A DNA stretch of 64,000 bases from Ruminococcus sp. (lineage in GTDB: Bacteria; Bacillota; Clostridia; Oscillospirales; Ruminococcaceae), in assembly GCA_017543335.1 (NCBI GenBank), contig JAFYGE010000013.1, positions 20,210 through 84,209 of the forward strand, read 5' to 3'. Numbering within the stretch: position 1 is the first letter of the stretch; each line of letters starts with the position of its first letter. A program made the position numbers and the translations under genes. A model generated the notes under the pieces. The model was not told the DNA's origin. It did not search any database and was given only the letters and a program-made list of their open reading frames with translations. Shown one piece after another: positions 20,213 through 31,010 of this stretch.

Positions 20213-20240
20213 AAAAAGGCACACGTCCTGCGTGTGCCTT
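20213..20240. terminator. Terminator hairpin between the convergent S1 gene and pfkA
   Basis: AAAAAGGCACACG-TCCTG-CGTGTGCCTT. Confidence 0.7.
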
Positions 20241-20253
20241 AAAATATACTTTT

Positions 20254-21216
20254 TTAGAATGCGATCTGCTCAGCGATGTGATGAAGATGCTCATCATATG
20301 GCTTCTGCATTGCAAGTGCTTCCTGAATGTCGTAATCAACTATTTCGCTGTCCTTGATACCAACAACTCTGTTGCCTACACCCTTTTCAAGGAGCTCAAC
20401 AGCATAGTAGCCCATTCTTGTAGCTTCAACTCTGTCTCTGAGTGTCGGGTTGCCGCCACGCTGTACGTGACCAAGAATAGTAGCTCTTGCCTCGATATGA
20501 GTCTTTTCCTGAAGAGCTGTAGCTATCTCCTGAGAATGACCAATACCCTCAGCAACGATAACAACGAAGTTCTGCTTGCCCTTTGCCTTCTTTTCGAGCA
20601 TTGTGTTTGCAATAGCGTCGAGGTCGTAAGGAACTTCCTTAGTGATTATATCTGTAGCACCACAAGCGATACCTGTATTTACTGCTATATGACCAGCACC
20701 TCTTCCCATTACCTCAACAACAGAGCATCTGTCGTGTGACTGGGATGTATCACGAAGCTTATCAACAAGCTCCATAGCTGTATTCATAGCTGTATCAAAA
20801 CCGATAGTATAATCAGTACAAGCAATATCATTGTCGATAGTACCAGGGATACCAATGCAAAGCATTCCCTGTGCAGAAAGATCAGCAGCACCTCTGAATG
20901 AACCATCACCGCCAATAACTACAAGACCTTCAATACCAAGTTCATCGCACTTAGCCTTAGCTTTAGCAACACCCTCAGCTGTTCTGAATTCTGGGCATCT
21001 TGCTGTATAAAGGATAGTACCGCCTCTATGGATTATATCTGATACACTTCTTTCGTCCATTGGGAAAATATCACCGGTGATAAGACCCATATAACCTCTG
21101 CGGATACCGTAGACCTCCATACCCTTACTGATAGCAGTTCTTACAACTGCTCTTACAGCAGCGTTCATGCCCGGTGCGTCTCCGCCGCTTGTTAAAACAC
21201 CGATTTTTTTAATCAT
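20254..21216 (-). CDS. pfkA: ATP-dependent 6-phosphofructokinase
   Basis: LTSGGDAPGMNAA, GGDGS, TIDND, EVMGR, LGHVQRGG. Start set at MIKKIG. Confidence 0.97.
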   Translation of the reverse strand: MIKKIGVLTSGGDAPGMNAAVRAVVRTAISKGMEVYGIRRGYMGLITGDIFPMDERSVSDIIHRGGTILYTARCPEFRTAEGVAKAKAKCDELGIEGLVVIGGDGSFRGAADLSAQGMLCIGIPGTIDNDIACTDYTIGFDTAMNTAMELVDKLRDTSQSHDRCSVVEVMGRGAGHIAVNTGIACGATDIITKEVPYDLDAIANTMLEKKAKGKQNFVVIVAEGIGHSQEIATALQEKTHIEARATILGHVQRGGNPTLRDRVEATRMGYYAVELLEKGVGNRVVGIKDSEIVDYDIQEALAMQKPYDEHLHHIAEQIAF

Positions 21217-21367
21217 ACATATTCTCCATTCTGCACTTAGCATATATTCTTTAACTTACGGCTCATCACCGTAACATAATTCCATACAATATATATTTTA
21301 CTACTTTGCAGAAATATTGTCAAGTATATTTCAATGTTTTTTATAATAAAAACATAAAATTTATTTA

Positions 21368-24300
21368 TTATTGTATCAATCCAACGTCCTTACTGTTAAA
21401 TATTTCTGTTATTTTCCTGTAGGAATCACTTGAAATTTCTATACTCAGTCTCATTTTAGGCATGAGCATTTTACGAACATCTGTAAAATAAAAGCATATT
21501 GCTGTATCCCCACGAAAGTCGCTGCATACTCTTTTCAGCTCGTCTATCTTAGTGTCAGCTGAAGTAGTTTTGATGCAGAGTTTCATGTTGCTGAAATTTC
21601 TGTTAAAATCATTTTCAGCTAATACCGAACCGCAGACAATCGTCACACTTTCGTCCTTTACAGAGATCTTCCCCTTTACCATAAGAATTGCTCCCTCTTT
21701 GAGTCTTGACGCCGAGACTGCATAGAGGTCAGGAAAGACCACACCTTCAAGTTCACCTGTACTATCCTCGATAGTAATAAATGCCATCTTCTCATTTTTC
21801 TTGGTAATATGGATTTTATTGCTCTGCATAGTACACAGCACTCTTACTTCGTCGCCGTCTTTTACTCCGTTCAGGGAATTTATGTCCTTGATAAATTTCG
21901 TGTGCATAAGCTCGGTAAGGTAACTGAATTCGGACAACGGGTCACCGGTAAGGTACATACCTGCTGCTTCCTTCTCCATTGCAAGCAGCCTGCGTGTATC
22001 ATATTCCGGTGCGTATGGTATCTTTATATTCATATCATCCTGAGCTCCGAACGCATCGAGCAGATTCAGCTGTCCCTCGATGACTCCCCTTGTGCCTGAT
22101 GCAGCCGATTCAAGTATCATTTCATAATTATCAAGCATCTGTCGTCTGTTAAGTCCGAGACCGTCAAAAGCTCCGGAGCATATCAGATTTTCAAGTGCTT
22201 TTTTATTAAGCTCACGGACATTCATACGCTCGCAGAAATCCTGCAAGCCATTAAATTTTCCGTGGATATTACGTTCCTTTATTATCTTTTCAGCAAGTCC
22301 GCTGCCGATATTTTTTATTGCAAGCAGACCAAAATACATTTTTCCGCCTGTATACGCAAAATTGCTCATACTTTTATTAATATCCGGACGCACTATCTCT
22401 ATTCCGGCACTTTTGCATATATTTATATACTCCGTGAGCTTTGAAGTAACCGACATTACGCTCGACATAAGACAAGCCATGTATATCCCTCTGTAATGGT
22501 ACTTCAGGTATGCTGTCTGATAAGAAAGATAAGAATATGCTGCTGCGTGAGACTTGTTGAATGCATAGGACGCAAAGCTTATCATATCGTCAAATATCAG
22601 ATTTGCAGTATCCTCCGGAACTCCGTTTGCAACTGCTCCGCTTACAAAACTTTCACGCTCTTTCAGCATCACATCGTGCTTTTTTTTAGCCATTGCCCTG
22701 CGGACTATATCTGCGTGTCCATATGAATATCCCGCAAGTTTCCGGCAAATTTCCATTACCTGCTCCTGATATACCATGATTCCATAAGTATCTTTCAGTA
22801 TATTTTCAAGCAGCGGATGCTTATACTTTATCCTGTCGGGATGCTTCTTGTTTTCGATATACTCCGGAATAGACTTCATTGGTCCCGGACGGTAAAGCGA
22901 CATCACAACAATAAGGTCTTCGAGCCGTTCAGGTTTCAGGTCTATCAATCTCTGAGTTATTCCCTCACTCTCAAATTGGAACACACCTGCTGTATCTCCA
23001 TGAGCGAGCATATTATACACATCTGCATCGTCTGTCGGTATAGCTGATATGTCGAACTCCGGGTCTGTCTTGCGTATCTCATTGACAGTATCTCTGATTA
23101 TGGTCAGGTTTCTGAGTCCGAGAAAGTCCATTTTAAGGAGTCCGAGGGATTCAAGAATAGTCATAGTGTACTGCGTTACAACTGTATCATCATTTTTTTG
23201 AAGCGGAACAAGTTCGCTCAGCGGTACAGCCGATATGACTACTCCCGCTGCGTGAGTTGACGCATGACGAGGCATTCCTTCAAGCTTCTTTGAAAGGTCG
23301 ATAAGTTCACGGACTGTCCTATCACTGCGGTACAGCTGTTCAAGCTCCTCTGAATGCTTTATCGACTCATTCAGGTCGAGTTTTGGGTCAATAAGCTTCG
23401 CAACTTTATCGCATAGCTGATACGGGATACTCAGTACACGTCCGACATCTCTTACAGCTGCTCTCGCTTTCAGAGTATCGAATGCGATTATCTCAGAAAC
23501 GTAGTCCTTTCCATATTTTTCGACTACATAATCTTTTATGCTTTGTCTGCCTTCGATACAAAAGTCAATATCGAAATCCGGCATACTTACACGCTCAGGA
23601 TTCAGGAATCTTTCAAAGAGCAGACCATACTTCAGAGGGTCGATTCCTGTTATCCCGATACAATAAGCACAGAGACTTCCGGCTCCGGAGCCTCTTCCCG
23701 GACCTACAGGTACATTGTGGTCACGGGCATATTTTATGAAGTCCCAGACTATGAGATAATAGTCTGTATAACCCATTTTAATTATTACTGAAAGCTCGTA
23801 ATCAAGCCTTTTTACGACTTCTTCATCCGGAGACTCACCGTATCTCTGATACATTCCCTTATAGCAAAGCTCCCTGAAATATGCATTATTGTCCGAAACA
23901 CCATCAATGCGGAATTTAGGCAGCTTTATATCGCCGAACTCAAACTCAACATTGCATCTCTCGGCAATCATCAATGTGTTGCTTACTGCTTCTTCGTGTC
24001 CCTTAAAAAGAGCACACATCTCATCTGCATTTTTAAGGTAAAACTCGTCCGTTTCAAATGTAAGAGCATTAGGAGCTCCGAGGATTTTTCCGGTCTGTAT
24101 GCAGATGAGTATCTTCTGCATCTCGGCATCATTTTTACTGATATAATGACAGTCGTTAGTCGCTGCAAGAGGTATATCGAGCTCAGCTGACAATCTGTAC
24201 AGCAGCGGAAGTATCTTCAATTCATCAGCTATTCCGTGATTCTGTATCTCTATGAAATAATTATCTTTGCCGAAAATCTCACGGTATATCAGTGCAGTCT

Positions 24301-24775
24301 CCTTTGCACCGTTGTAGTCGCCGTTATTCAGTTTTCGGGGTATCTCGCCTACAAGACAGGCTGACAAACATATAAGTCCCTCATGATATTTCCGCAGAAG
24401 TTCCACATCAACTCTTGGTCTGTTGTAGAACCCTTCTATGCTTGCGAGCGACACGAGTTTTACAAGATTACTGTAGCCCTTGTTGTTCTCACACAAAAGT
24501 ATCAGATGATAAGGATGTGCGTCTATCTTAGGTTCTTTGTCGAATCTTGTTCTCGGAGCAACATAGACCTCACAGCCTATTATAGGCTTTATTCCCTGCT
24601 TTTTAGCTTCATTCCAGAAATCTACCGCACCATACATATTGCCGTGGTCTGTAATAGCCACGGCAGTCTGTCCCATATCTTTAACTTTTGAAATAAGCTC
24701 CTTTATCCTGCAAGCACCGTCAAGGAGACTGTATTCGGTATGAACGTGGAGATTAACAAATTCATTACTTTTCAA
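21368..24775 (-). CDS. dnaE: DNA polymerase III alpha subunit
   Basis: LHVHTEYSLLDG PHP domain, GPGRGSGAGS, PDFDIDF, YAFNKSH; TTG start. Confidence 0.97.
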   Translation of the reverse strand: MKSNEFVNLHVHTEYSLLDGACRIKELISKVKDMGQTAVAITDHGNMYGAVDFWNEAKKQGIKPIIGCEVYVAPRTRFDKEPKIDAHPYHLILLCENNKGYSNLVKLVSLASIEGFYNRPRVDVELLRKYHEGLICLSACLVGEIPRKLNNGDYNGAKETALIYREIFGKDNYFIEIQNHGIADELKILPLLYRLSAELDIPLAATNDCHYISKNDAEMQKILICIQTGKILGAPNALTFETDEFYLKNADEMCALFKGHEEAVSNTLMIAERCNVEFEFGDIKLPKFRIDGVSDNNAYFRELCYKGMYQRYGESPDEEVVKRLDYELSVIIKMGYTDYYLIVWDFIKYARDHNVPVGPGRGSGAGSLCAYCIGITGIDPLKYGLLFERFLNPERVSMPDFDIDFCIEGRQSIKDYVVEKYGKDYVSEIIAFDTLKARAAVRDVGRVLSIPYQLCDKVAKLIDPKLDLNESIKHSEELEQLYRSDRTVRELIDLSKKLEGMPRHASTHAAGVVISAVPLSELVPLQKNDDTVVTQYTMTILESLGLLKMDFLGLRNLTIIRDTVNEIRKTDPEFDISAIPTDDADVYNMLAHGDTAGVFQFESEGITQRLIDLKPERLEDLIVVMSLYRPGPMKSIPEYIENKKHPDRIKYKHPLLENILKDTYGIMVYQEQVMEICRKLAGYSYGHADIVRRAMAKKKHDVMLKERESFVSGAVANGVPEDTANLIFDDMISFASYAFNKSHAAAYSYLSYQTAYLKYHYRGIYMACLMSSVMSVTSKLTEYINICKSAGIEIVRPDINKSMSNFAYTGGKMYFGLLAIKNIGSGLAEKIIKERNIHGKFNGLQDFCERMNVRELNKKALENLICSGAFDGLGLNRRQMLDNYEMILESAASGTRGVIEGQLNLLDAFGAQDDMNIKIPYAPEYDTRRLLAMEKEAAGMYLTGDPLSEFSYLTELMHTKFIKDINSLNGVKDGDEVRVLCTMQSNKIHITKKNEKMAFITIEDSTGELEGVVFPDLYAVSASRLKEGAILMVKGKISVKDESVTIVCGSVLAENDFNRNFSNMKLCIKTTSADTKIDELKRVCSDFRGDTAICFYFTDVRKMLMPKMRLSIEISSDSYRKITEIFNSKDVGLIQ

Positions 24776-25679
24776 TGTTAACTCCTCCGTTTCTGATTTC
24801 CTCTGCCATTTTTGACAGCTTCTTGAATCGATGATTAACTCCCGAACGACTTATAGGTACGGTAAGGCTCTCACCTATCTCCTGTAGACTCATGTCGTTG
24901 TTTTCAAGACGCAGTTCAGCTACTTCCCTGAGCTCCTCTGTAAGTGCATCAAGACCTATTGTGTTCGCTATAAGCTTAATGTCACTTATCTGCTTGCTCG
25001 CCGCATTGAGCACCTTATCAATGTTAGCCGCATCACAGTTTGCTATCCTGTTTGCTTTATTGCGAACATCCTTGTATATCTTTACATTCATGAGTTCAAG
25101 AGTACACTGCTGAGCTCCTATAAAAGTAAGCGTATCTTCTATGGACTCGCTTCCTTTTATATATACAACGTACTGTCCACGCCTTATCACCGATCTTGCC
25201 GAAACTCCTATATCACCAAGCAGTAATATAAGCTCGTCAGCAAGACTTTCCGCAGGCACAGTAAATTCAAGATGATATTCTTTTGACGGATCATTTACAC
25301 TTCCGCAGGCAAGAAAAACTCCTGCTGTAAAAACTCCGAGACTATTGGTAGCAATAATCTCGGAATCTATAGTTCTTTTATCGTTAAAATGGTACTTTCT
25401 GTGTACCTTAGCAATAAGTTCCTGATCCGTTATATCAAATGAATAGAGCACCGCACCGCTTCGGCGTGTATTTTCATTACAGCAAAGCTCAACGTGGAAT
25501 ATATTATTGAACAAATTCCTGAACATCTCTGCTGTAGTATGACTTTCACTCTGAAAACAGATATGCTCCGCAGAAAGCTTTCTTCCAAAGAGAAGCATTC
25601 CATAAAGGCAGGCAAACCTCTTATCCTTGTCAGTAACTGACAGGCATATCTCTTTTCTTACTTCATTTGAGAAGGAAAT
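24765..25679 (-). CDS. whiA: DNA-binding protein WhiA (proposed ATT start)
   Basis: GSVNDP..YHLE, NRIANCDAANIDK, SRSGVNHR. The frame extends 27 codons upstream of the ORF-track ATG to ATT-SFSNEVRKEI, 7 nt behind AGGAGG. Confidence 0.9.
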   Translation of the reverse strand: MSFSNEVRKEICLSVTDKDKRFACLYGMLLFGRKLSAEHICFQSESHTTAEMFRNLFNNIFHVELCCNENTRRSGAVLYSFDITDQELIAKVHRKYHFNDKRTIDSEIIATNSLGVFTAGVFLACGSVNDPSKEYHLEFTVPAESLADELILLLGDIGVSARSVIRRGQYVVYIKGSESIEDTLTFIGAQQCTLELMNVKIYKDVRNKANRIANCDAANIDKVLNAASKQISDIKLIANTIGLDALTEELREVAELRLENNDMSLQEIGESLTVPISRSGVNHRFKKLSKMAEEIRNGGVNIEK

Positions 25680-25693
25680 AATGATCCCTCCTA

Positions 25694-26566
25694 TCAGAAT
25701 TTTTTATCTTTTGTTATATCACGATGATACTTCTGTACTCTGTATTCTTTTTCGTTCAGATGCTTAGCCATGAGCTCCGCAAATGTTATCGATCTGTGTT
25801 TACCGCCTGTACAGCCAAAAGCTACTACAAGCTGACTCTTTCCCTCGTGAACATAAAGAGGTATCAGATAGTCGATAAGATCAAGAAATTTATTAAAGAG
25901 TTCTCTGGACTGCTCAAAGCTCATTACATAGTCCCTTACACATTCGTCACATCCCGTATGACTTCTGAGTTCGTCTATGTAGAATGGATTCGGAAGACAT
26001 CTGACATCGAATACAAGGTCACTGTCTGTAGGAACTCCGTATTTGAATCCGAATGACATCACTTTTATTATAAGCGAGTCAGATGATTTTTCCAGAAATA
26101 TGTCCTTTACCTGCTCCTTCAGCTGTGAAGAAGTAAGGGAAGTAGTTTCGATAAAATAATCTGCGATCTCTCTCAGCTGTGAGAGCTGAACTGCTTCAAA
26201 CTCGATAGCATCGAGAATATTGCCATTGAATTTATCCTGCAAAGGGTGTTTGCGTCGTGTTTCTTTGTACCTTTTGACAAGTACTTCGTGGGCTGCATCT
26301 ATGAATAATACTTTTACATCAACGTCTGCTTCATTTTTCAATGTCTGCCATGAATGGAATATTTCAGCAAACATATCTCCTGTTCTGATATCTACTGCAA
26401 CGGCTACTTTGGATATTTCAGACTCTGATTGTCTGCAAAGATCTACAAATTTTGATATTAGTTTCGGTGGGATATTGTCGATACAATAGTATCCTATATC
26501 CTCCATTACATCCATAACACTGGATTTTCCTGCACCGGACATTCCGGTAACTATCAAAAGCTGCAT
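25694..26566 (-). CDS. rapZ: RNase adapter RapZ/YvcJ P-loop protein
   Basis: TGMSGAGKS, YCIDNIP, ETRRKHPL, SFGFKYG, DVRCLPNP, GCTGGKHRS. Confidence 0.95.
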   Translation of the reverse strand: MQLLIVTGMSGAGKSSVMDVMEDIGYYCIDNIPPKLISKFVDLCRQSESEISKVAVAVDIRTGDMFAEIFHSWQTLKNEADVDVKVLFIDAAHEVLVKRYKETRRKHPLQDKFNGNILDAIEFEAVQLSQLREIADYFIETTSLTSSQLKEQVKDIFLEKSSDSLIIKVMSFGFKYGVPTDSDLVFDVRCLPNPFYIDELRSHTGCDECVRDYVMSFEQSRELFNKFLDLIDYLIPLYVHEGKSQLVVAFGCTGGKHRSITFAELMAKHLNEKEYRVQKYHRDITKDKKF

Positions 26567-26615
26567 AAGTGCCTCCGTTTCAAAAAGATCTGTGAACCGT
26601 TTTTTAAATCGGTTC

Positions 26616-27521
26616 TTATTTCAAAATTACAGGTTCAAGCTCAAGCCTATAACCGGTCTTTTCCTTGACTATCCTCTGTATTTCAGAACAAAGTTCAAGA
26701 ACGTCCGCACAGGTCGCATAACCCTTGTTTATAACAAATCCGCTGTGTTTCTCGCTGACCATTGCTCCTCCGCAGGTAAGTCCTTTAAGCCCGCACTGGT
26801 CTATAAGCAGGGATGCGTAGCTTCCCTCCGGACGCTTAAATGTACTTCCTGCACTTGGATAGTCAAGCGGCTGTTTTGAACTTCTCTTTGCCATACATTC
26901 ATTCATGGCTTCCTTTATCTCATCAGAATTTCCGCTGCTGAGCTGCATAGTGACCGATGTTATAACGCAGTCTGTTTCGCTGAAAATACTGTGACGATAA
27001 GAGAGATTCATTTCGTCTTTTGTAATCGTCTTTATGTTGCAGTCGCTGTCGATGTACTCTGCTGATACGACCACATCCTTCATCTCGCTCCCGTAAGCTC
27101 CGGCGTTCATAAACAGTGCACCGCCGACTGTTCCCGGTATACCGAAAAGATTCTCCATACCGCTGAGAGAAGCCTGCTGAGCATGAACACACGCAGAAGC
27201 AAGAAGTGCTCCGGCATCGCATTTAATAGTATTGCCGTCTATTGATATTCCGGCAAAATCACTTCCGAAAAGAAGAATAACTCCGTCGAATCCCTCATCC
27301 GAGGCAATTACGTTGCTTCCTCTTCCGAGTATGCCGTACTTTACATCGTTATCTTTCATATATTTTATCAATTCAGCAGCCGATGCAGCAGAATTGATAC
27401 TTATTAAAGCCTTGCACGGTCCGCCAAAACGGAATGTGACATACTCTTTAAGTGAGCAGTCGAGAGTTATTTTACACTCCAGTTTTTCGCATAGCTTTTT
27501 GATCTCATCTAAATTTGTCAT
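26616..27521 (-). CDS. murB: UDP-N-acetylmuramate dehydrogenase
   Basis: GRGSNV, GIPGTVGGALFMNAGAYG, KQPLDYPSAGSTFKRP, KHSGF. Confidence 0.96.
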   Translation of the reverse strand: MTNLDEIKKLCEKLECKITLDCSLKEYVTFRFGGPCKALISINSAASAAELIKYMKDNDVKYGILGRGSNVIASDEGFDGVILLFGSDFAGISIDGNTIKCDAGALLASACVHAQQASLSGMENLFGIPGTVGGALFMNAGAYGSEMKDVVVSAEYIDSDCNIKTITKDEMNLSYRHSIFSETDCVITSVTMQLSSGNSDEIKEAMNECMAKRSSKQPLDYPSAGSTFKRPEGSYASLLIDQCGLKGLTCGGAMVSEKHSGFVINKGYATCADVLELCSEIQRIVKEKTGYRLELEPVILK

Positions 27522-27575
27522 TTGTTGCCTCCTGAGACAAAACAATTTTTGTATGATACTAATATATACAAAATA

Positions 27576-28547
27576 TCAGAATGCTTCGTAATCACGTACA
27601 ACTTCCTTTGCGTCGGACTCCATGCCAAGACGATTAAGAAGCTCCTGAGCTGCATTGTAACCCATTTTCTTCTGTCTGTTATTCATAGCCGCAACTTCAA
27701 GGATAACAGCAAGGTTACGTCCGGGCTTTACAGGTATAGTCAGCGACGGCACTTTGACTCCGAGCAGACTTACATACTCAGTATCAACGCCCATTCTGTC
27801 GTATATTTTTTCCGGATTCCACTGTTCAAGCTCAACTACAAGGTCGAGTTTTTCAGTCATCTTAACTGCACCGATACCGAAAAGACGTCTTGCATTTATG
27901 ATACCGATACCTCTCAATTCAAGGAAGTGTCTGATATTATCCGGCGAGCTTCCGACAAGACTGATATTTGATACCTTGCGGATCTCAACAGCATCATCCG
28001 CAACAAGACGGTGTCCACGCTTTACGAGCTCGATCGCAGTCTCGCTCTTTCCGACACCTGATTCGCCTGTGATGAATACACCTTCACCGTAGATCTCTAT
28101 AAGTACGCCGTGACGTGTTATTCTCGGAGCAAGTGTAAGGTTGAGGAACGCAATAAGTCCTGACATAAAGTTTGATGTGCTCTCTTTACTTCTGAGAAGC
28201 GGCACTTCATACTCCTTTGCAAGTTCGAGCATCTCTGCAAAGTAAGGGAGCTCTCTTGCTATTATAAGAGCAGGAATCCTCTGAGCAAAGAGAAGCTGAA
28301 GTCTTTCACGTCTTGTTTTTTCATCGATAGTAGAAAGGTAAGCGAACTCCATTTTACCGATGATCTGTATACGCTCCGGATTGAAATACTCATAGAATCC
28401 CATGAGCTGAAGTCCCGGACGGTTTACATCATTTTCATCGATCATTAATTCATTAGCATCCTTATGGATGTATATAGCCTCAAGTTTGAATTCATCTATC
28501 ACTTTCTGAAGTGAAACTTTGAAATTTTCTGCCATTTTTTTCTCCAT
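27576..28547 (-). CDS. hprK: HPr kinase/phosphorylase
   Basis: NRPGLQL, HGVL, GESGVGKSETA, LVADD, LELRGIG, PGRN. Confidence 0.97.
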   Translation of the reverse strand: MEKKMAENFKVSLQKVIDEFKLEAIYIHKDANELMIDENDVNRPGLQLMGFYEYFNPERIQIIGKMEFAYLSTIDEKTRRERLQLLFAQRIPALIIARELPYFAEMLELAKEYEVPLLRSKESTSNFMSGLIAFLNLTLAPRITRHGVLIEIYGEGVFITGESGVGKSETAIELVKRGHRLVADDAVEIRKVSNISLVGSSPDNIRHFLELRGIGIINARRLFGIGAVKMTEKLDLVVELEQWNPEKIYDRMGVDTEYVSLLGVKVPSLTIPVKPGRNLAVILEVAAMNNRQKKMGYNAAQELLNRLGMESDAKEVVRDYEAF

Positions 28548-28576
28548 TCCTCCGGTAATCCCGGAAATATAGATTT

Positions 28577-29785
28577 TTAACCAATAACAAAGGAGCTGTA
28601 GCCCTTATCTACTGCTTTATCACGAGCCGAGATCACTTCCGACATACTTTCTGAACTTCCTGATATCCTTACTGCAACATTGAAATCCGCAAGGTCCTCC
28701 TCGACCAGTTTCAGCATTTTCTCGACCTTGTCAGAAGCTTTGCCGCCGAAATCGTATACAGTCGTTCCAGCGTATATGCCGTTGCTTATCTCATCAAGGT
28801 CAATGTCCAGAACAATGGTGTTTACGTTCAGAAGCATTGGCTGAAGAACGTCTGTATAGCCTTTCAGAAGCTCTGATGCTGATACCTCAATGAACATTTT
28901 AGCTCCATTTTCAAGGATAGTCTCATTTAGAAGATTAGCCGCAGCAGTCATAGCCATCTGACGTTCCGGACCTGCAAGCTCCGGATCAAGCATTTCGAGG
29001 TCGGACTCTCTGAAATGAGGGTATTCAAAATCTGAACATATTATCCTGTCGAAGCCTGATATAGCTATTTCAGTCACGATAGATTTAAGGTAGTTCAGCG
29101 TAGTCTGAGAATACGGCGAAGCCCACGGTTTGCCGCCTGCTTCATAGTCATTATCTATCCACTGCTCTCCTGTATCAGTGGTTATGTATCCGCTCTGTCC
29201 GTCGACAACAGGCAAAATATTATCATTGAAAGTACTTACTATAGCAACAGGCTTATAACCGGCTTTCTTTATGATACTTACTATCTCATCAAGCGACATC
29301 ATAGTCTCATAAGCCTGAGCCTGATATGCATACGGAACACTGCTTGAATAGTATATTCTTCCGCCTGTGGCCTTTAACGGGACTTCAACATATTCTATCT
29401 TCTGACCTGTCGGAAGACGGTCTATAGCCATTTTTAGTGTATCAGCGGACATTAGGTCATTCTCTTTGACTGCCGCTGCACGGTATGTCTCGAAATTGAC
29501 GCTCTGATGCGGATTTGCGATCCTCTCACCATTGCTGTCAGTAGGGAACATCTCGCTTGTGATCTCTGCATCAGCTGTAGTCTCAACTGATACTGACGAT
29601 TTATCGTCGCCGGTTTTTTTGCTGTAATTCACAAGAGGCTCAGCCACACTGTATCCAATGAAACCGATTCCTCCTATGAGGAGCACTGAAAGTCCTATAG
29701 AAAAAGCTTTTCCGATCGGACTTTTTCCGTAATAATTCTTTTCTTTAGTTTTGTAGATTTTCCTTCCCTTGTTCCTGAATTTCAT
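28577..29785 (-). CDS. Membrane-anchored putative glycoside-hydrolase-like (DUF4015-like) protein
   Basis: Basic N-terminus, one TM segment, S/T linker, then a TIM-barrel-like region (VPLK..GG, W..PY, GFDRI). Confidence 0.55.
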   Translation of the reverse strand: MKFRNKGRKIYKTKEKNYYGKSPIGKAFSIGLSVLLIGGIGFIGYSVAEPLVNYSKKTGDDKSSVSVETTADAEITSEMFPTDSNGERIANPHQSVNFETYRAAAVKENDLMSADTLKMAIDRLPTGQKIEYVEVPLKATGGRIYYSSSVPYAYQAQAYETMMSLDEIVSIIKKAGYKPVAIVSTFNDNILPVVDGQSGYITTDTGEQWIDNDYEAGGKPWASPYSQTTLNYLKSIVTEIAISGFDRIICSDFEYPHFRESDLEMLDPELAGPERQMAMTAAANLLNETILENGAKMFIEVSASELLKGYTDVLQPMLLNVNTIVLDIDLDEISNGIYAGTTVYDFGGKASDKVEKMLKLVEEDLADFNVAVRISGSSESMSEVISARDKAVDKGYSSFVIG

Positions 29786-29818
29786 TTTTTACTCCTACTT
29801 TACAGTCCGCAATTCTTT

Positions 29819-30391
29819 TTATTTTAATGCGTATACTGCCATTGATATTATACCAAGATATACAAGCATAGCCGGAAAACCTCTGAATGATGACGGAACT
29901 TTCGATGAATTCAAAGTTCTGTAGGCAGCTGTAAGTATGAGTGCTGCTATGATAAATCCAACACCTGCTTCGATACCTGAGAGCACATAGCTGCCGATAT
30001 TCAAAAGCGAGCTGTCTTCAGAGGCTTTGTTGTGAATGGTGAATAAAGTTCCCATCACAGCACAGTTAAAGGCTGAAACGTGTATATATTTTCTCGTTTT
30101 TACAAATTTATCTCTGCTGATAAAATATAGTGCAGAAAGAAGAATCACATATATTATACCCACGGTAAGGGCATAAATAAAAAGCGTATAATCTGAATAT
30201 TTTTCCGGAAGATTCTTATCCGTAAAATATGCTGCAAACGAGCCAAGAGTAGTAAATATCGTTATGACGCAAGCCGTACCGATAAGATTTTTCCGGCTGT
30301 TTGCTGCAATAAAAAGTGTACTTGTACCAAGTGCCTGAGTAAGTATCAGGTTAACAGCGAGGAGTGCAATAAGTTCATTTACCAGAAACAT
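29819..30391 (-). CDS. RnfA-like (Rnf/Nqr family) membrane protein, degenerate
   Basis: Six TM segments, NLILTQALG, NCAVMG, VPSSFRGFP; the first conserved Cys is replaced by Ser. Confidence 0.8.
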   Translation of the reverse strand: MFLVNELIALLAVNLILTQALGTSTLFIAANSRKNLIGTACVITIFTTLGSFAAYFTDKNLPEKYSDYTLFIYALTVGIIYVILLSALYFISRDKFVKTRKYIHVSAFNCAVMGTLFTIHNKASEDSSLLNIGSYVLSGIEAGVGFIIAALILTAAYRTLNSSKVPSSFRGFPAMLVYLGIISMAVYALK

Positions 30392-31010
30392 CTGCTTCAC
30401 TCCTTACTTCTGAAACTTCTTTTGAAAACATTGAACGGATCTTTCTGTAAAGTCCGCACATAAGTCCGAGGAAAATAAATCCTCCGAAGGGCTGTGACAG
30501 ACCGCTTATAAGCATATCGACATCCGTAACTTTACCGTTTATTGTTCCGTAAGCCAAAAATTCACGTATTATCCCCGTGAGCAGCATTACTATGTCGAAT
30601 CCTATGACATAAAACAAAACAGTAAAGAACATAGGTATCTTTTTCAATTTGAAGAATTTCGCTTCTGTCTGGAATACTATCAGTGAATTGACCGCAAGCA
30701 GCGGAAAATAAATTCCTACTCGCAGTACAATTCCCGGATAAAACTCCTGAGCAGCGACCTTTACAGGTATAAATACCAGCGATGAAATGAGTGCGTATAT
30801 TATTACCTTTAAAGCATATGGAAGCTTTTTAGGCACGAATGATGCTATGCAGACCGATAGCATAGTTATCGAGCTGAAAGCATACACGAGTGCTTCCGCA
30901 TTTCTGAGAGTATCTCCGCAGACAATTACCGGAGATATCACCATAAGTGAAGACAGGACCATATTATCCCATGTTATGCCGGCAAATACTGAGGAGCGTT
31001 CTTTATTCAT
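30375..31010 (-). CDS. RnfE-like (Rnf/Nqr family) membrane protein, degenerate
   Basis: GIYFPLLAVN, GIIREFLAYGT, PFGGFIFLG; both expected Cys positions are Ser. Confidence 0.8.
   Translation of the reverse strand: MNKERSSVFAGITWDNMVLSSLMVISPVIVCGDTLRNAEALVYAFSSITMLSVCIASFVPKKLPYALKVIIYALISSLVFIPVKVAAQEFYPGIVLRVGIYFPLLAVNSLIVFQTEAKFFKLKKIPMFFTVLFYVIGFDIVMLLTGIIREFLAYGTINGKVTDVDMLISGLSQPFGGFIFLGLMCGLYRKIRSMFSKEVSEVRSEADVSGK

Noticed and set aside
21368-24775. Intein or split in dnaE
   Set aside because: Normal length and continuous motifs, with no intein signature.
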